A DNA stretch of 54,102 nt from Draconibacterium orientale (lineage in GTDB: Bacteria; Bacteroidota; Bacteroidia; Bacteroidales; FEN-979), in contig DYSO01000005.1 in assembly GCA_020718225.1 (NCBI GenBank), forward strand, positions 1 to 54,102, given 5' to 3'. Within the stretch, counting starts at the first letter, position 1. Each line of letters begins with the position of its first letter. The translations under genes and the position numbers were made by a program. This document shows, piece by piece, positions 20,880 through 30,155 of the stretch. The notes beneath the pieces were generated by a model that was not told the origin of the DNA, ran no database searches, and saw nothing but the letters and a program-made list of their open reading frames with translations.

Positions 20880-21773
20880 TTAATGATTAAAAAATTTGAT
20901 TTCGCCGGGCATCCCGATTTTCATATTGCCGTCGTTGGTCACACGCACTTTCATGGCATAAACAAGGTTCACGCGTTCCTCTTTGGTTTGAATGGTTTTT
21001 GGCGTGAATTCGGCAGTCTGGGAAATCCAGATGACGATACCGGTGGTTTTATGGTTGGTTGTTGCATCTTTGTCATACCGTACTTCGACCGTGTCGCCTA
21101 TTTTTATCTGGGGAAGCTGTGCCCCGGTAACATAGACCCGGAGTTGCATTTCTCTCAGATCGGCGATTTTATAAAGGGGTTTCCCAAAAACGGTAACTTC
21201 GTTGTTTTCCGCATATTTTGTTAAAACAGTGCCTTTTACCGGGTTAACAATATAGGCGTTTTTAATGGATTCATTGATTTGGGCTATCTGCTGACCGGTA
21301 GAGGCGACCTGATCGCCAATGCCCTGGAATTGGGTTTTTATCGATGCAATCTGTTTCCCGATCAGGTTCAGGCTCGAATTGATATCGTCCATTTGTTTTT
21401 GGGTTGCCGCTCCATCTTTAAGCAAATTGATGATTCGTGCCTTTTCAATAAGGATGTTTTCCCGGTTCTGCTCCTGGACTGCAATCTGGGCAGCAAGGTC
21501 CTCTTTACGCGATGCTGTGGCGCTTTTTTGGCTGGCGACCTGAAGTTTTTTCAGATACAGATCGGTAGTGTCAACAAAACCAACCAATTGGTTCGAATCC
21601 AGGGGTTGTCCCTCTTCAACAATGAACCCCATGATTTTTCCATTGGCCTGGGCGGATACGGTCACCTCTGTTGCTTCAAACGACCCGTAGGCATCGGGTT
21701 TGTCCTGGCTGTTCTGGCATGATGTGCCAAGGATTAAAACCCCTGACAACAATCCAATGAAATGGTTTTTCAT
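20880..21773 (-). CDS. HlyD family periplasmic adaptor (YbhG-like), lipoprotein
   Basis: Lipobox GTSC, GSFEATEV, coiled coil, AEFTPKTIQT, KIGMPG. Confidence 0.9.
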   Translation of the reverse strand: MKNHFIGLLSGVLILGTSCQNSQDKPDAYGSFEATEVTVSAQANGKIMGFIVEEGQPLDSNQLVGFVDTTDLYLKKLQVASQKSATASRKEDLAAQIAVQEQNRENILIEKARIINLLKDGAATQKQMDDINSSLNLIGKQIASIKTQFQGIGDQVASTGQQIAQINESIKNAYIVNPVKGTVLTKYAENNEVTVFGKPLYKIADLREMQLRVYVTGAQLPQIKIGDTVEVRYDKDATTNHKTTGIVIWISQTAEFTPKTIQTKEERVNLVYAMKVRVTNDGNMKIGMPGEIKFFNH

Positions 21774-21795
21774 TCTTTAAAATTTATTTTTGAGA

Positions 21796-23103
21796 TCAAA
21801 GTTTTCCCAAGGTATATAAATATGAGATGCGGGCTTTCACAAGTTGGATTTTATGGATTTCCATAATCATCCGGGCATGCGTTTCATCATTAACCCGGAG
21901 GATATAATCGCTGGAAGTAATAATTCCATGGGTAAGCTGTGACGAAGCAGTCCTGGAAATATCTGCCCTCAGGTTTATCAATTGCTGGTCGCGGAAAAGA
22001 AGATCGGACAGTTTTTTGATATCGGATAAAATTTTCTGAGTGGTTACACGGAGGTTTTTATCGAAAGTTTCCTGCTGGTTTTTCAGGATATCCCCCTGAA
22101 TGTCAAATATTTTTTTTTCATTTTTATTGGCATTCCAGTTCCATGGGTTCCAGGTAAGCCTGGCGCCCACCATGACCATGGGGGCGATATCGCTCGAAAG
22201 AAAATTATATCCGGGTATGCCGAAACCCACCTGCCCGTATGCCCAGAATTTTGGGTTCCATTTGGTTGTAACCATGTTTTTCATTAGGTCAACCCGGTTG
22301 CGCTGAATGTCGAACAGTTCATATTCAATACGTTTATTCTCATAGTCCTGGACCGGGTTGGGAATAACCGGTAATACAACGGACGACTTTTCATCAAGGG
22401 GTGTTGAAATCAGTTCAGAAAGCATGTGAAGGCTGGCCACACGGTCCATGGACAATTCGTAAATATTCTGTTCAAGGTTAATGATTTCTGCCCGGATCAG
22501 GTCGGCGTTCATCGAAAGCAAGACGCCATTTCTGACAGCCGATTCAACTTCGGAAAGCTTTAATTCAAGCTGTTTCTTGGTGTCGGAAAGCAATGTTGTG
22601 TTTTGCTGGGTAAGCAAAATGCTAAAATAGAACTGGTTAATCTGGTCTTTCAACAGATAAAGGCTGGCATCTACATTTTTCTTATCCACCTTCAGGTTAA
22701 ATTTTTCAAGCCGCTTCTGATAATTGGTTACATTCCCATCATAAACAGATTCACTGATATCCAGTGTGAGTTTGTACTGGTCGTTTGGTATAACCGGCCC
22801 CTGAAGCTGTGGTAGACCTGCCGGTAATGGGATAACCACTTCGGTAACTTCATTCTGCCAGGAGGCATTTCCATTTATATTGAATTGGGGAAGGTGGTTT
22901 TTATTCAGGTTTTTGGTCCTGAAATCGCTGGATTTCTCAAGAAGAGTGGCTTGTCTGGTGAGGGGATAGGTTTTTTGTACCTGCTGATAACAAAAATCCA
23001 GGGTAATGGTGTCCTGGGCAGAGACTTTCGTGGGGAGCGTTCCTGACAAGAGAAACGATGCGAGCAGGAGACTAAATTTAAACCACGTTTGTACTTTTTT
23101 CAT
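21796..23103 (-). CDS. TolC family outer-membrane protein
   Basis: Signal peptide, LPQFNING, YDG, GARLTWN, helical repeats, operon context. Start likely 23103. Confidence 0.85.
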   Translation of the reverse strand: MKKVQTWFKFSLLLASFLLSGTLPTKVSAQDTITLDFCYQQVQKTYPLTRQATLLEKSSDFRTKNLNKNHLPQFNINGNASWQNEVTEVVIPLPAGLPQLQGPVIPNDQYKLTLDISESVYDGNVTNYQKRLEKFNLKVDKKNVDASLYLLKDQINQFYFSILLTQQNTTLLSDTKKQLELKLSEVESAVRNGVLLSMNADLIRAEIINLEQNIYELSMDRVASLHMLSELISTPLDEKSSVVLPVIPNPVQDYENKRIEYELFDIQRNRVDLMKNMVTTKWNPKFWAYGQVGFGIPGYNFLSSDIAPMVMVGARLTWNPWNWNANKNEKKIFDIQGDILKNQQETFDKNLRVTTQKILSDIKKLSDLLFRDQQLINLRADISRTASSQLTHGIITSSDYILRVNDETHARMIMEIHKIQLVKARISYLYTLGKL

Positions 23104-23704
23104 ATCCTTGTAAGGCATTTGAAATAAATGTGGGAACTATTTGTTTTCTCTCTTCAAAAAACTGTGCCATTCTGTCATCTGACAATGAAAAAATGGATTG
23201 TAGAAGAGGTTTTGCAACAACCGGGAAGATGGCCAATGCGAGAATGTTGACATAAATATGCAAAGGGTCAATCTCAAGTCCAATCTCATCTTTGAGCTGC
23301 TTTCGTATTTTTTCAAGAAATAATTCGGGAAGAATGTTTTGCTTTACGATTATTTCCCTGAGTTGTTCAGGCTTTTCGTACATGGCATTGATAATAAAAT
23401 GCACCACATAGGAATGGTGAGAAATAAAATGAATATAAAAATGGACGAAATTTTCAATTTTCGGCAACAGGGCCATGTCCGATAAAAAGATTTCTTTCAT
23501 TTTGGAGGTAATCCGGGCGAAAGTTTCATTGAATACTTTCTCAAACAGCGATTCCTTATTCCTGAAATAGTAATGCAGCAAGGCCTTGTTGATACCGGCC
23601 AGGTTTGCTATTTCCTGCATCCTTGTACCATTAAAACCTTTCTGGTGAAACACCTGACGGGCTGCATCCAATATTTTTTCTTCGGTATTTTGAGGACTCT
23701 CCAT
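23078..23704 (-). CDS. TetR/AcrR family transcriptional regulator
   Basis: EKILDAARQVFHQKGFNGTRMQEIANLAGINKALLHYYFRNKE HTH. ATG start at 23704. Confidence 0.93.
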   Translation of the reverse strand: MESPQNTEEKILDAARQVFHQKGFNGTRMQEIANLAGINKALLHYYFRNKESLFEKVFNETFARITSKMKEIFLSDMALLPKIENFVHFYIHFISHHSYVVHFIINAMYEKPEQLREIIVKQNILPELFLEKIRKQLKDEIGLEIDPLHIYVNILALAIFPVVAKPLLQSIFSLSDDRMAQFFEERKQIVPTFISNALQGYEKSTNVV

Positions 23705-23709
23705 TTTAT

Positions 23710-23761
23710 TAACCAATTTGTTTAACCAAAGGGATTAATCATTTGGTTTAACCAGGTGGTC
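23710..23761. promoter_or_regulatory. Putative TetR operator array: four tandem 13-bp quasi-palindromes
   Basis: TAACCAATTTGTT / TAACCAAAGGGAT / TAATCATTTGGTT / TAACCAGGTGGTC, consensus AACCAnnTGGTT, directly upstream of the tetR start. Confidence 0.7.
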
Positions 23762-23805
23762 AAAATTAATATATTTTTTTTACTTCCGACAAATGTTGAA
23801 AAAAA

Positions 23806-25608
23806 TTATTTAGGGATTTTAATTTTCTGCCCGGGTTTTAGCTTGCTGGCGTTTTTGATGTCGTTGATATTCTTGATTTGCGACACGGTGACATCAAATT
23901 TATCTGCGATATCCCAAAGGTTGTCCCCCGAAACGATGGTATAATAAATGAATTTTTGAGAGGGGGCAGCTGTTTTTGCAGGCTTCGTATTCGGGTTTGG
24001 TTTAGGGTTGGCCGATGCGGCAATTCCTGGGGAAACGACCTTTAATTTCTGGCCAATTATAATTTTATCGCCGGAAAGGTTGTTCCAGGTTTTAAGTTTT
24101 TCAATGGAACAGTGGTATTTATTGGCGATACTCCCAAGACTTTCCTCGCTTTTTACGACATGCATTGTACCGGAAGTTCCGGCAGACCGGGTTGAAGTAT
24201 TGGATGCGCTGGTCATGGATGGTTGTGTATTTCTGTTGGCCAGGGCAGAGGAAGCTGTATCCGGTTTCATTTCAGCAGCGGGAATATAGGTTGAAGAAAT
24301 TCCGGGGTGATTGGGTTTTTCTCTTGGGGGTTTGGTATAAACCAGGAGTTTTTGTTTTGGTTTGACATAATTTTTGCGCAATCCGTTCAGTGATTTTAAT
24401 TCAGCGATCGTCATATGGAATTTTTTTGCGATGCTGGTCATTGTCTCCCCGCTTTTCACTGTGTATAAATCTGCTTCGCGGTAATTGCTGAAGGCGGTTG
24501 AAAAAAGAGAATCCTGGGAGCAACTGTTTTTTGTCTTGTATGCATAAAGTGTATTTTCATTATTGATGAAATCGCCAATGTTTTTTTTTCGCAACCTGAC
24601 CTTATAAGTATTATCCGGTGTTGCCGGGATAAAATCATGTTTAAACGAGGGGTTTAAAAAAGCAACTTCGTCCTTTGGGATATTTAACATTTCAGAGATT
24701 TGATCGAACGATAGCGGATTTCTGGCGGTCACGGTATCTACTTCATAATAAAGTATTCCCGGGTCAACGGGATTGATTTTATGTTCATTGGCAAAGGTCA
24801 AAACATAACTTGCCGCAATGAAAGCAGGCACGTAGCTTCGGGTTTCTTTGGGTAGGTAATTATGGATGGCCCAGAAATTTTTCATCCCGCCGGAACGGCG
24901 GATTGCCTTATTGACATTTCCGGCGCCTGAATTATATGCAGCCAGCGCAAGGGGCCAGTTACCATAAATATCATACAAATCGCTCAGATGTTCACATGCA
25001 GCAATGGTTGCTTTGTAAGGGTCGAAACGGTCGTCAACATAAGAAGACACCTTGAGCCCATATACTTTTCCGGTACCATACATAAACTGCCATAGCCCTT
25101 TGGCTCCCGCCCGTGAATTGGCAGTAGGGTTTAGCGCCGACTCAATAACGGCTAAATATTTTAGCTCCAGGGGCATATTGTATCTGTCCAGTTGCTCCTC
25201 GAATAGCGGAAAATAGATCTGGGCCAGCCCAAGTATACGGGCGGTTAATTTGCGTTTTTTAAATGCATAAACCTCAATAAACTTCCTTACTTCGCTGTTA
25301 TAAACAAACTCAAACGGGGATTGGTCATTCATTTGTGCAATTCTTTCCCGGTAAACGGAGTCGGAAAAAAAAGGAATATCATTGTCGGTATAAGTATTCC
25401 AGTTCTGTAATTTACTTGCATTGGGAAATTCGGAATCTTCAAATATTTTTAAACTGGCCAGACTGTCGAGCATAAGTACAACCGGATCATCCTCAATCAA
25501 ATGTTGATATTTAAAAAGTGAATCGGTCCTGAGCGTGTCCTGGGAGAAAATAAAAACAGGAAAAAAGAGAAGGAGGAGAAAGGGGATCAGGATTTTTTTT
25601 AATCGCAT
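23806..25608 (-). CDS. mltD: MltD-like lytic murein transglycosylase with three LysM domains
   Basis: LAVIESALNP, GLWQFM, AAYNSG, ETRSYVP; three LysM repeats (YTVKSGE, HVVKSEE, YTIVSGD). Confidence 0.92.
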   Translation of the reverse strand: MRLKKILIPFLLLLFFPVFIFSQDTLRTDSLFKYQHLIEDDPVVLMLDSLASLKIFEDSEFPNASKLQNWNTYTDNDIPFFSDSVYRERIAQMNDQSPFEFVYNSEVRKFIEVYAFKKRKLTARILGLAQIYFPLFEEQLDRYNMPLELKYLAVIESALNPTANSRAGAKGLWQFMYGTGKVYGLKVSSYVDDRFDPYKATIAACEHLSDLYDIYGNWPLALAAYNSGAGNVNKAIRRSGGMKNFWAIHNYLPKETRSYVPAFIAASYVLTFANEHKINPVDPGILYYEVDTVTARNPLSFDQISEMLNIPKDEVAFLNPSFKHDFIPATPDNTYKVRLRKKNIGDFINNENTLYAYKTKNSCSQDSLFSTAFSNYREADLYTVKSGETMTSIAKKFHMTIAELKSLNGLRKNYVKPKQKLLVYTKPPREKPNHPGISSTYIPAAEMKPDTASSALANRNTQPSMTSASNTSTRSAGTSGTMHVVKSEESLGSIANKYHCSIEKLKTWNNLSGDKIIIGQKLKVVSPGIAASANPKPNPNTKPAKTAAPSQKFIYYTIVSGDNLWDIADKFDVTVSQIKNINDIKNASKLKPGQKIKIPK

Positions 25609-25646
25609 GAAGAGGGGTTGTAGTATTGAATGTAATAAAATAACTC

Positions 25647-25654
25647 CAAAAGTA
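25647..25654 (-). promoter_or_regulatory. Putative -7 promoter element for mltD
   Basis: The reverse complement TACTTTTG matches TAnnTTTG. Confidence 0.5.
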
Positions 25655-25781
25655 CGGTTTTATTATTTATGGTCTCCGTTGCTATGCAAAGGAATCCGGT
25701 GCCGGAAACAAAAACGGCCTGGGTTGATAACACATATTTCGTCCGGATATAATTAAAGTTCAATGGAATGGCTAAAATTGT

Positions 25782-25789
25782 TATTTTTG
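25782..25789 (+). promoter_or_regulatory. Putative -7 promoter element for the deiminase gene
   Basis: TATTTTTG 19 bp upstream of ATG 25809. Confidence 0.5.
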
Positions 25790-25808
25790 CGGTATCAATT
25801 TATCGACA

Positions 25809-27851
25809 ATGAAACCGATTTTACTTACAGGCATTTTCATTTTTTTATTCAGCACAACATTGCTGGCACAGGATCCTGTTCCAAGACCCGGTCCACTTCT
25901 TCGGCATTGGATGACTTCCGACGAACTGTTACGTAAAGGCGAGATAGGGAAAAATTTTGTTGAAACCGACCCTCCTGTTGCTCCCATCCGAAATGTGGCC
26001 GAATTTGATCCGATGCAGGGGGCCCTTATCCGGTATCCGTTTGGACTCCCGTTTTTACTGATCAAAGAGATGGCTTTGACTGTGAAACTCACAACCATTG
26101 TCGCCTCTCAATCGCAAAAGAATACGGTCATTCAGCAATATCTCTCCAATGGTATCGACACCAGCCATTGCAACTTTTTAATAGCCCCGACCGACTCCTA
26201 TTGGACAAGAGATTATGGACCCTGGTTTGTTTCGGACAGCTCAAACCATATCGGTATTGTTGATTTTCCATATAACAGGCCACGGCCCGATGATGATGAA
26301 ATACCCAAAAAAGTTGCGAACATGCTCGGCATTCCATGGTATGGCATGGACCTGATTACCACCGGAGGGAATTATATGACCGATGGCATAGGTACCGGCG
26401 CCTCTACAAAACTTGTGTGGGAAGAAAACCCTGCCCAGTCGCATACCCAGATTGCCCAGAAAATGGAAGACTATTTAGGCATTGGTACCTATCAGGTGGT
26501 GACCGATCCAAACAACACCTATATCGACCATATTGATTGCTGGGCTAAATTTTTAGCTCCCGATAAAATATTGATCCGGAAAGTTCCCCCGTCACATTCC
26601 AGATATACTGCCATCGAAGCTGCTGCAGCATATTGGGCCGGACAAATTTGCCCGTATGGATATCCTTACAAGGTATATCGTGTAATGACCGGTCAGGATC
26701 AACCCTACACCAATTCCGTCATCCTCAACAATAAAGTTCTGGTCCCGTACATGGGAAATTATTGGGACGATAGCGCAAAAGCGGTTTATCAGGCTGCCAT
26801 GCCTGGATATATTGTCAAGGGATTTATCGGGGACCCATCCACCCCCTGGGAATCGACCGATGCACTGCATTGCCGGGTCATGGGCATGGCCGAGGTGGGC
26901 CAACTCTATATCCACCATATTCCTTTATCAGGAAATCAACCTTGTGAAACCGGATCTGTTATCAATGAAGAGATTTTAGCATGCAGTCAGGTTCCCATAA
27001 AAAATGATTCTGTTTTTATAAACTATAGAAGCAACCAGGGGCCTTACCATTCGGTTTTGATGTCTAATACCGGATCAAACCATTATACCGGAAATATCCC
27101 CAAACAACCCGCAGGCAGTGTAGTCCGGTATTTTCTTTCAGCAGCCGATGAATCGGGCCGGCATGCTTCACTTCCACTCCGTGGTTCTGCCGATCCGTTC
27201 AGGTTTCAGACTGTCTTTACCAAACTGACAGCGGTACCCGATACCCTTTGGTTTCATGATGCGGGGGAAGCCTGGATGGGTTTAATCGCGCAATTGCACA
27301 ACAATCTTGACGAAAATGTGACTTTAACGGACGTTCAGCAGTGGGGTACTGAAATTCCCTGGTGGGTAGATTCTATATCGGCGCCCTCCTTACCGCATAC
27401 CATCATCCCGGGCGATTCGGTTGCCATTAAAGTAAAGGTTCCGATTCCGGTCAACGCATCTCCATTAACCGATTATTATATAGATTCTCTGCGGATTACT
27501 GCATCAACGGGAATACAGCATATAGTCCTTATGATCAATACTGATATCCTGCAAAACACAACCAGTCAGGATGACTTTGCCGAACTGAAACAAAATTTCC
27601 CAAATCCATTTTTCGCGGAAACAACCATTCCTTTTATTACCCGTCAAAGTGGACAAGTTGGACTGGAGATTTTTGATATACATGGGATGAAGGTCCGATC
27701 GGTGGTTGATGGCCGGTTTGCCGCCGGGTATCATCAGGTATCATGGAACGGAACGGACGATCGGGGAGCCGCTCTTCCTGGTGGTATATATCTGTACCGG
27801 CTGATAACCGGTAACCAGACAGTCACAAACCGGATGGTACTTATCCGTTAA
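25809..27851 (+). CDS. Agmatine/peptidylarginine deiminase family protein with T9SS-type C-terminal domain
   Basis: Signal peptide; [23 protein letters not shown] motifs; CTD QNFPNPF...WNGTD...GIYLYRL. Confidence 0.88.
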   Translation: MKPILLTGIFIFLFSTTLLAQDPVPRPGPLLRHWMTSDELLRKGEIGKNFVETDPPVAPIRNVAEFDPMQGALIRYPFGLPFLLIKEMALTVKLTTIVASQSQKNTVIQQYLSNGIDTSHCNFLIAPTDSYWTRDYGPWFVSDSSNHIGIVDFPYNRPRPDDDEIPKKVANMLGIPWYGMDLITTGGNYMTDGIGTGASTKLVWEENPAQSHTQIAQKMEDYLGIGTYQVVTDPNNTYIDHIDCWAKFLAPDKILIRKVPPSHSRYTAIEAAAAYWAGQICPYGYPYKVYRVMTGQDQPYTNSVILNNKVLVPYMGNYWDDSAKAVYQAAMPGYIVKGFIGDPSTPWESTDALHCRVMGMAEVGQLYIHHIPLSGNQPCETGSVINEEILACSQVPIKNDSVFINYRSNQGPYHSVLMSNTGSNHYTGNIPKQPAGSVVRYFLSAADESGRHASLPLRGSADPFRFQTVFTKLTAVPDTLWFHDAGEAWMGLIAQLHNNLDENVTLTDVQQWGTEIPWWVDSISAPSLPHTIIPGDSVAIKVKVPIPVNASPLTDYYIDSLRITASTGIQHIVLMINTDILQNTTSQDDFAELKQNFPNPFFAETTIPFITRQSGQVGLEIFDIHGMKVRSVVDGRFAAGYHQVSWNGTDDRGAALPGGIYLYRLITGNQTVTNRMVLIR

Positions 27852-29361
27852 CCTGTTTTTCGGGGCGCATCTGCGGAAAAAAAAGAACATCCTGAATTGA
27901 TGGCGTATTGGTCATGATCATGGTCAACCGGTCAATGCCAATACCAAGTCCCGCCGTTGGCGGCATCCCGAATTCAAGCGCCCTTAAAAAATCTTCATCC
28001 AACAACATCGATTCATCATCTCCGCGTTTTCCAAGTTCAAGTTGTGATTCAAAGCGTTCACGCTGATCAATCGGGTCGTTCAATTCTGAAAAAGCATTGC
28101 ATAATTCTTTTCCGTTGCATATGGCTTCAAACCGTTCGACCAACCCCGGTTTTGTCCGGTGTTTTTTGGCAAGGGGCGACATTTCAACCGGATAATCGGT
28201 AATGAAAGTTGGCTGAATGAGAAAGGGTTCACATTTTTCTCCAAAAATCTGATCGATGATTTTCCCTTTGGCCATGGTTTTATCAATCGCGACATGGAGA
28301 TCTTTTGCTATTGCAACCAGGGCTTCTTCGTCAACTCCTTCAATATCAATTCCGGTGAAGTGCCTGATAACCTCAAACATGGTAAAGCGTTTCCAGGGAC
28401 GTTTAAAATCGATCTGGTTTTCACCTACCATAACCCGGGTTGTCCCGTGAAGGTCAATGGCAATTTTTTCGACCATCTCTTCCACCAGCTCCATCATCCA
28501 TTCATAATCTTTATAGGCCACATAAAGTTCCATCTGCGTGAACTCGGGATTATGAAAGCGGTCCATACCTTCATTGCGGAAATCCTTTGAAAATTCAAAC
28601 ACGCCGTCGTATCCTCCCACGATGAGCCGTTTTAAATAAAGCTCATTGGCAATGCGGAGGTAAAGGGTCATATCGAGTGTGTTGTGGAAGGTTTTAAAAG
28701 GCCGTGCAGCTGCCCCGCCATAGAGGGGTTGAAGGATGGGGGTTTCCACTTCGAGGTAACTTTTATCATTCAGGTAACTGCGCATGGAGTTGATCATCTG
28801 GTTGCGCTTGATGAAAACTTCGCGTACCTCCGGATTTACAATAAGATCGACATACCGCTGCCGGTACCGTTGTTCCGGATCGGTATATGCGTCGAAAACA
28901 GCATCTTCCTTTTCCTTAACGATGGGCAGGACGCGCAATGATTTGCTAAGTAATTTCAACGATTTGACATGAATGGTAACCTCGCCCATCTGGGTGATAA
29001 AAACATATCCTGTAACACCGATTATGTCGCCAATATCAAGTAGTTTTTTAAAAACAGTGTTGTAAAGGGTTTTATCTTCGTCCGGGCACAGATCATCCCG
29101 TTTGACGTACAGTTGAACCCGGCCACTTTCATCCTGTATCTCAACGAAAGAAGCAGCTCCCATGATACGGCGGCTCATCATACGACCTGCTATCTGCACC
29201 TGTTGAAAGAGCGTATTGTCGATTGGAAAACGTTTTTTTATATCGGATGCCCTGGCATTCATTTCAAAAGTCTGGGGAGGATAAGGATCAATACCAAGCC
29301 GGAGTAATTCATGCAGTGAATTTCTTCGGATAATCTCCTGTTCCGTTAATGCGATTGCCAT
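27841..29361 (-). CDS. lysS: Lysine--tRNA ligase (class II)
   Basis: [47 protein letters not shown]. Confidence 0.98.
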   Translation of the reverse strand: MAIALTEQEIIRRNSLHELLRLGIDPYPPQTFEMNARASDIKKRFPIDNTLFQQVQIAGRMMSRRIMGAASFVEIQDESGRVQLYVKRDDLCPDEDKTLYNTVFKKLLDIGDIIGVTGYVFITQMGEVTIHVKSLKLLSKSLRVLPIVKEKEDAVFDAYTDPEQRYRQRYVDLIVNPEVREVFIKRNQMINSMRSYLNDKSYLEVETPILQPLYGGAAARPFKTFHNTLDMTLYLRIANELYLKRLIVGGYDGVFEFSKDFRNEGMDRFHNPEFTQMELYVAYKDYEWMMELVEEMVEKIAIDLHGTTRVMVGENQIDFKRPWKRFTMFEVIRHFTGIDIEGVDEEALVAIAKDLHVAIDKTMAKGKIIDQIFGEKCEPFLIQPTFITDYPVEMSPLAKKHRTKPGLVERFEAICNGKELCNAFSELNDPIDQRERFESQLELGKRGDDESMLLDEDFLRALEFGMPPTAGLGIGIDRLTMIMTNTPSIQDVLFFPQMRPEKQVNG

Positions 29362-29390
29362 AGGTTGAAATTTTTTGTAAAGATAGAGAA

Positions 29391-30155
29391 TTACGATAAA
29401 ACGTCATGAAGGATATGGTGCGAATGCAGCCCTTTAAAACCGGTAAGATGTAGCTGGTAATAAAGAAGCAGGGTATCAAGCAGCCTTTTCCGGGTTGCCG
29501 GGCCAATGCTGTTTATCCCGGCCGGGAGTGGTTCAAGGGCAGGGTTAATCCGGTCGTCAGGTCGGAGGAATGGAGTTGTTAACATGGAATAAAAAATCGA
29601 ACTGTGATCCGGATCGAGATAGTGGGGGTGGTCGGGAATGGAGGGCTGGAAAAGTCCTTCCCTTAGGTTGAAAACCGGAAATTGCGAAGAATGGTTGGTC
29701 TGTGGGAATATACCAAGATAGTGACAAAGATGAAGGGCAAACAGAAGGGGAAAATTGGTAACCGGATCCCGGGTTTCATCCAGATGAAGGCACGATGCCC
29801 ATAGAAATTCAAAGAGGGGAGGATTGGCTTCCTCCTCGCGGATGGATTTGTATGCCAGCTCATTGATAAAAAGCAGTACAGAACTTTTCCGGATATCCGA
29901 AGGGATGTTTTGGTAGGGATGTCCCAGACAGACCTCCTTTACCGAATGAAGCGTGCGTTGTTCCTTATGATAAACCACGAGTTCGAGCAATGTCAGTGGC
30001 TGGAACAGACCCGGTTTCACTTTTGCACCGCGGCCCCGCACACCACGGAAGAGATAAGATTGAATTCCAAAAAGTTCAGTATAGATTTTAACAATAATAC
30101 TGCTTTCAGAATATTTAAGGGTATGAAAAACGATGCCTTTGGTTGAATGGAGCAT
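29391..30155 (-). CDS. recO: DNA repair protein RecO
   Basis: TKGIV...[17 protein letters not shown]-terminal OB fold, [11 protein letters not shown]; porZ-recO synteny. Confidence 0.9.
   Translation of the reverse strand: MLHSTKGIVFHTLKYSESSIIVKIYTELFGIQSYLFRGVRGRGAKVKPGLFQPLTLLELVVYHKEQRTLHSVKEVCLGHPYQNIPSDIRKSSVLLFINELAYKSIREEEANPPLFEFLWASCLHLDETRDPVTNFPLLFALHLCHYLGIFPQTNHSSQFPVFNLREGLFQPSIPDHPHYLDPDHSSIFYSMLTTPFLRPDDRINPALEPLPAGINSIGPATRKRLLDTLLLYYQLHLTGFKGLHSHHILHDVLS

Noticed and set aside
23710-23761. Short regular repeats as a possible CRISPR or iteron array (also the YG repeat)
   Set aside because: No spacers, units too short, no cas or rep genes; explained as an operator array and a coding repeat
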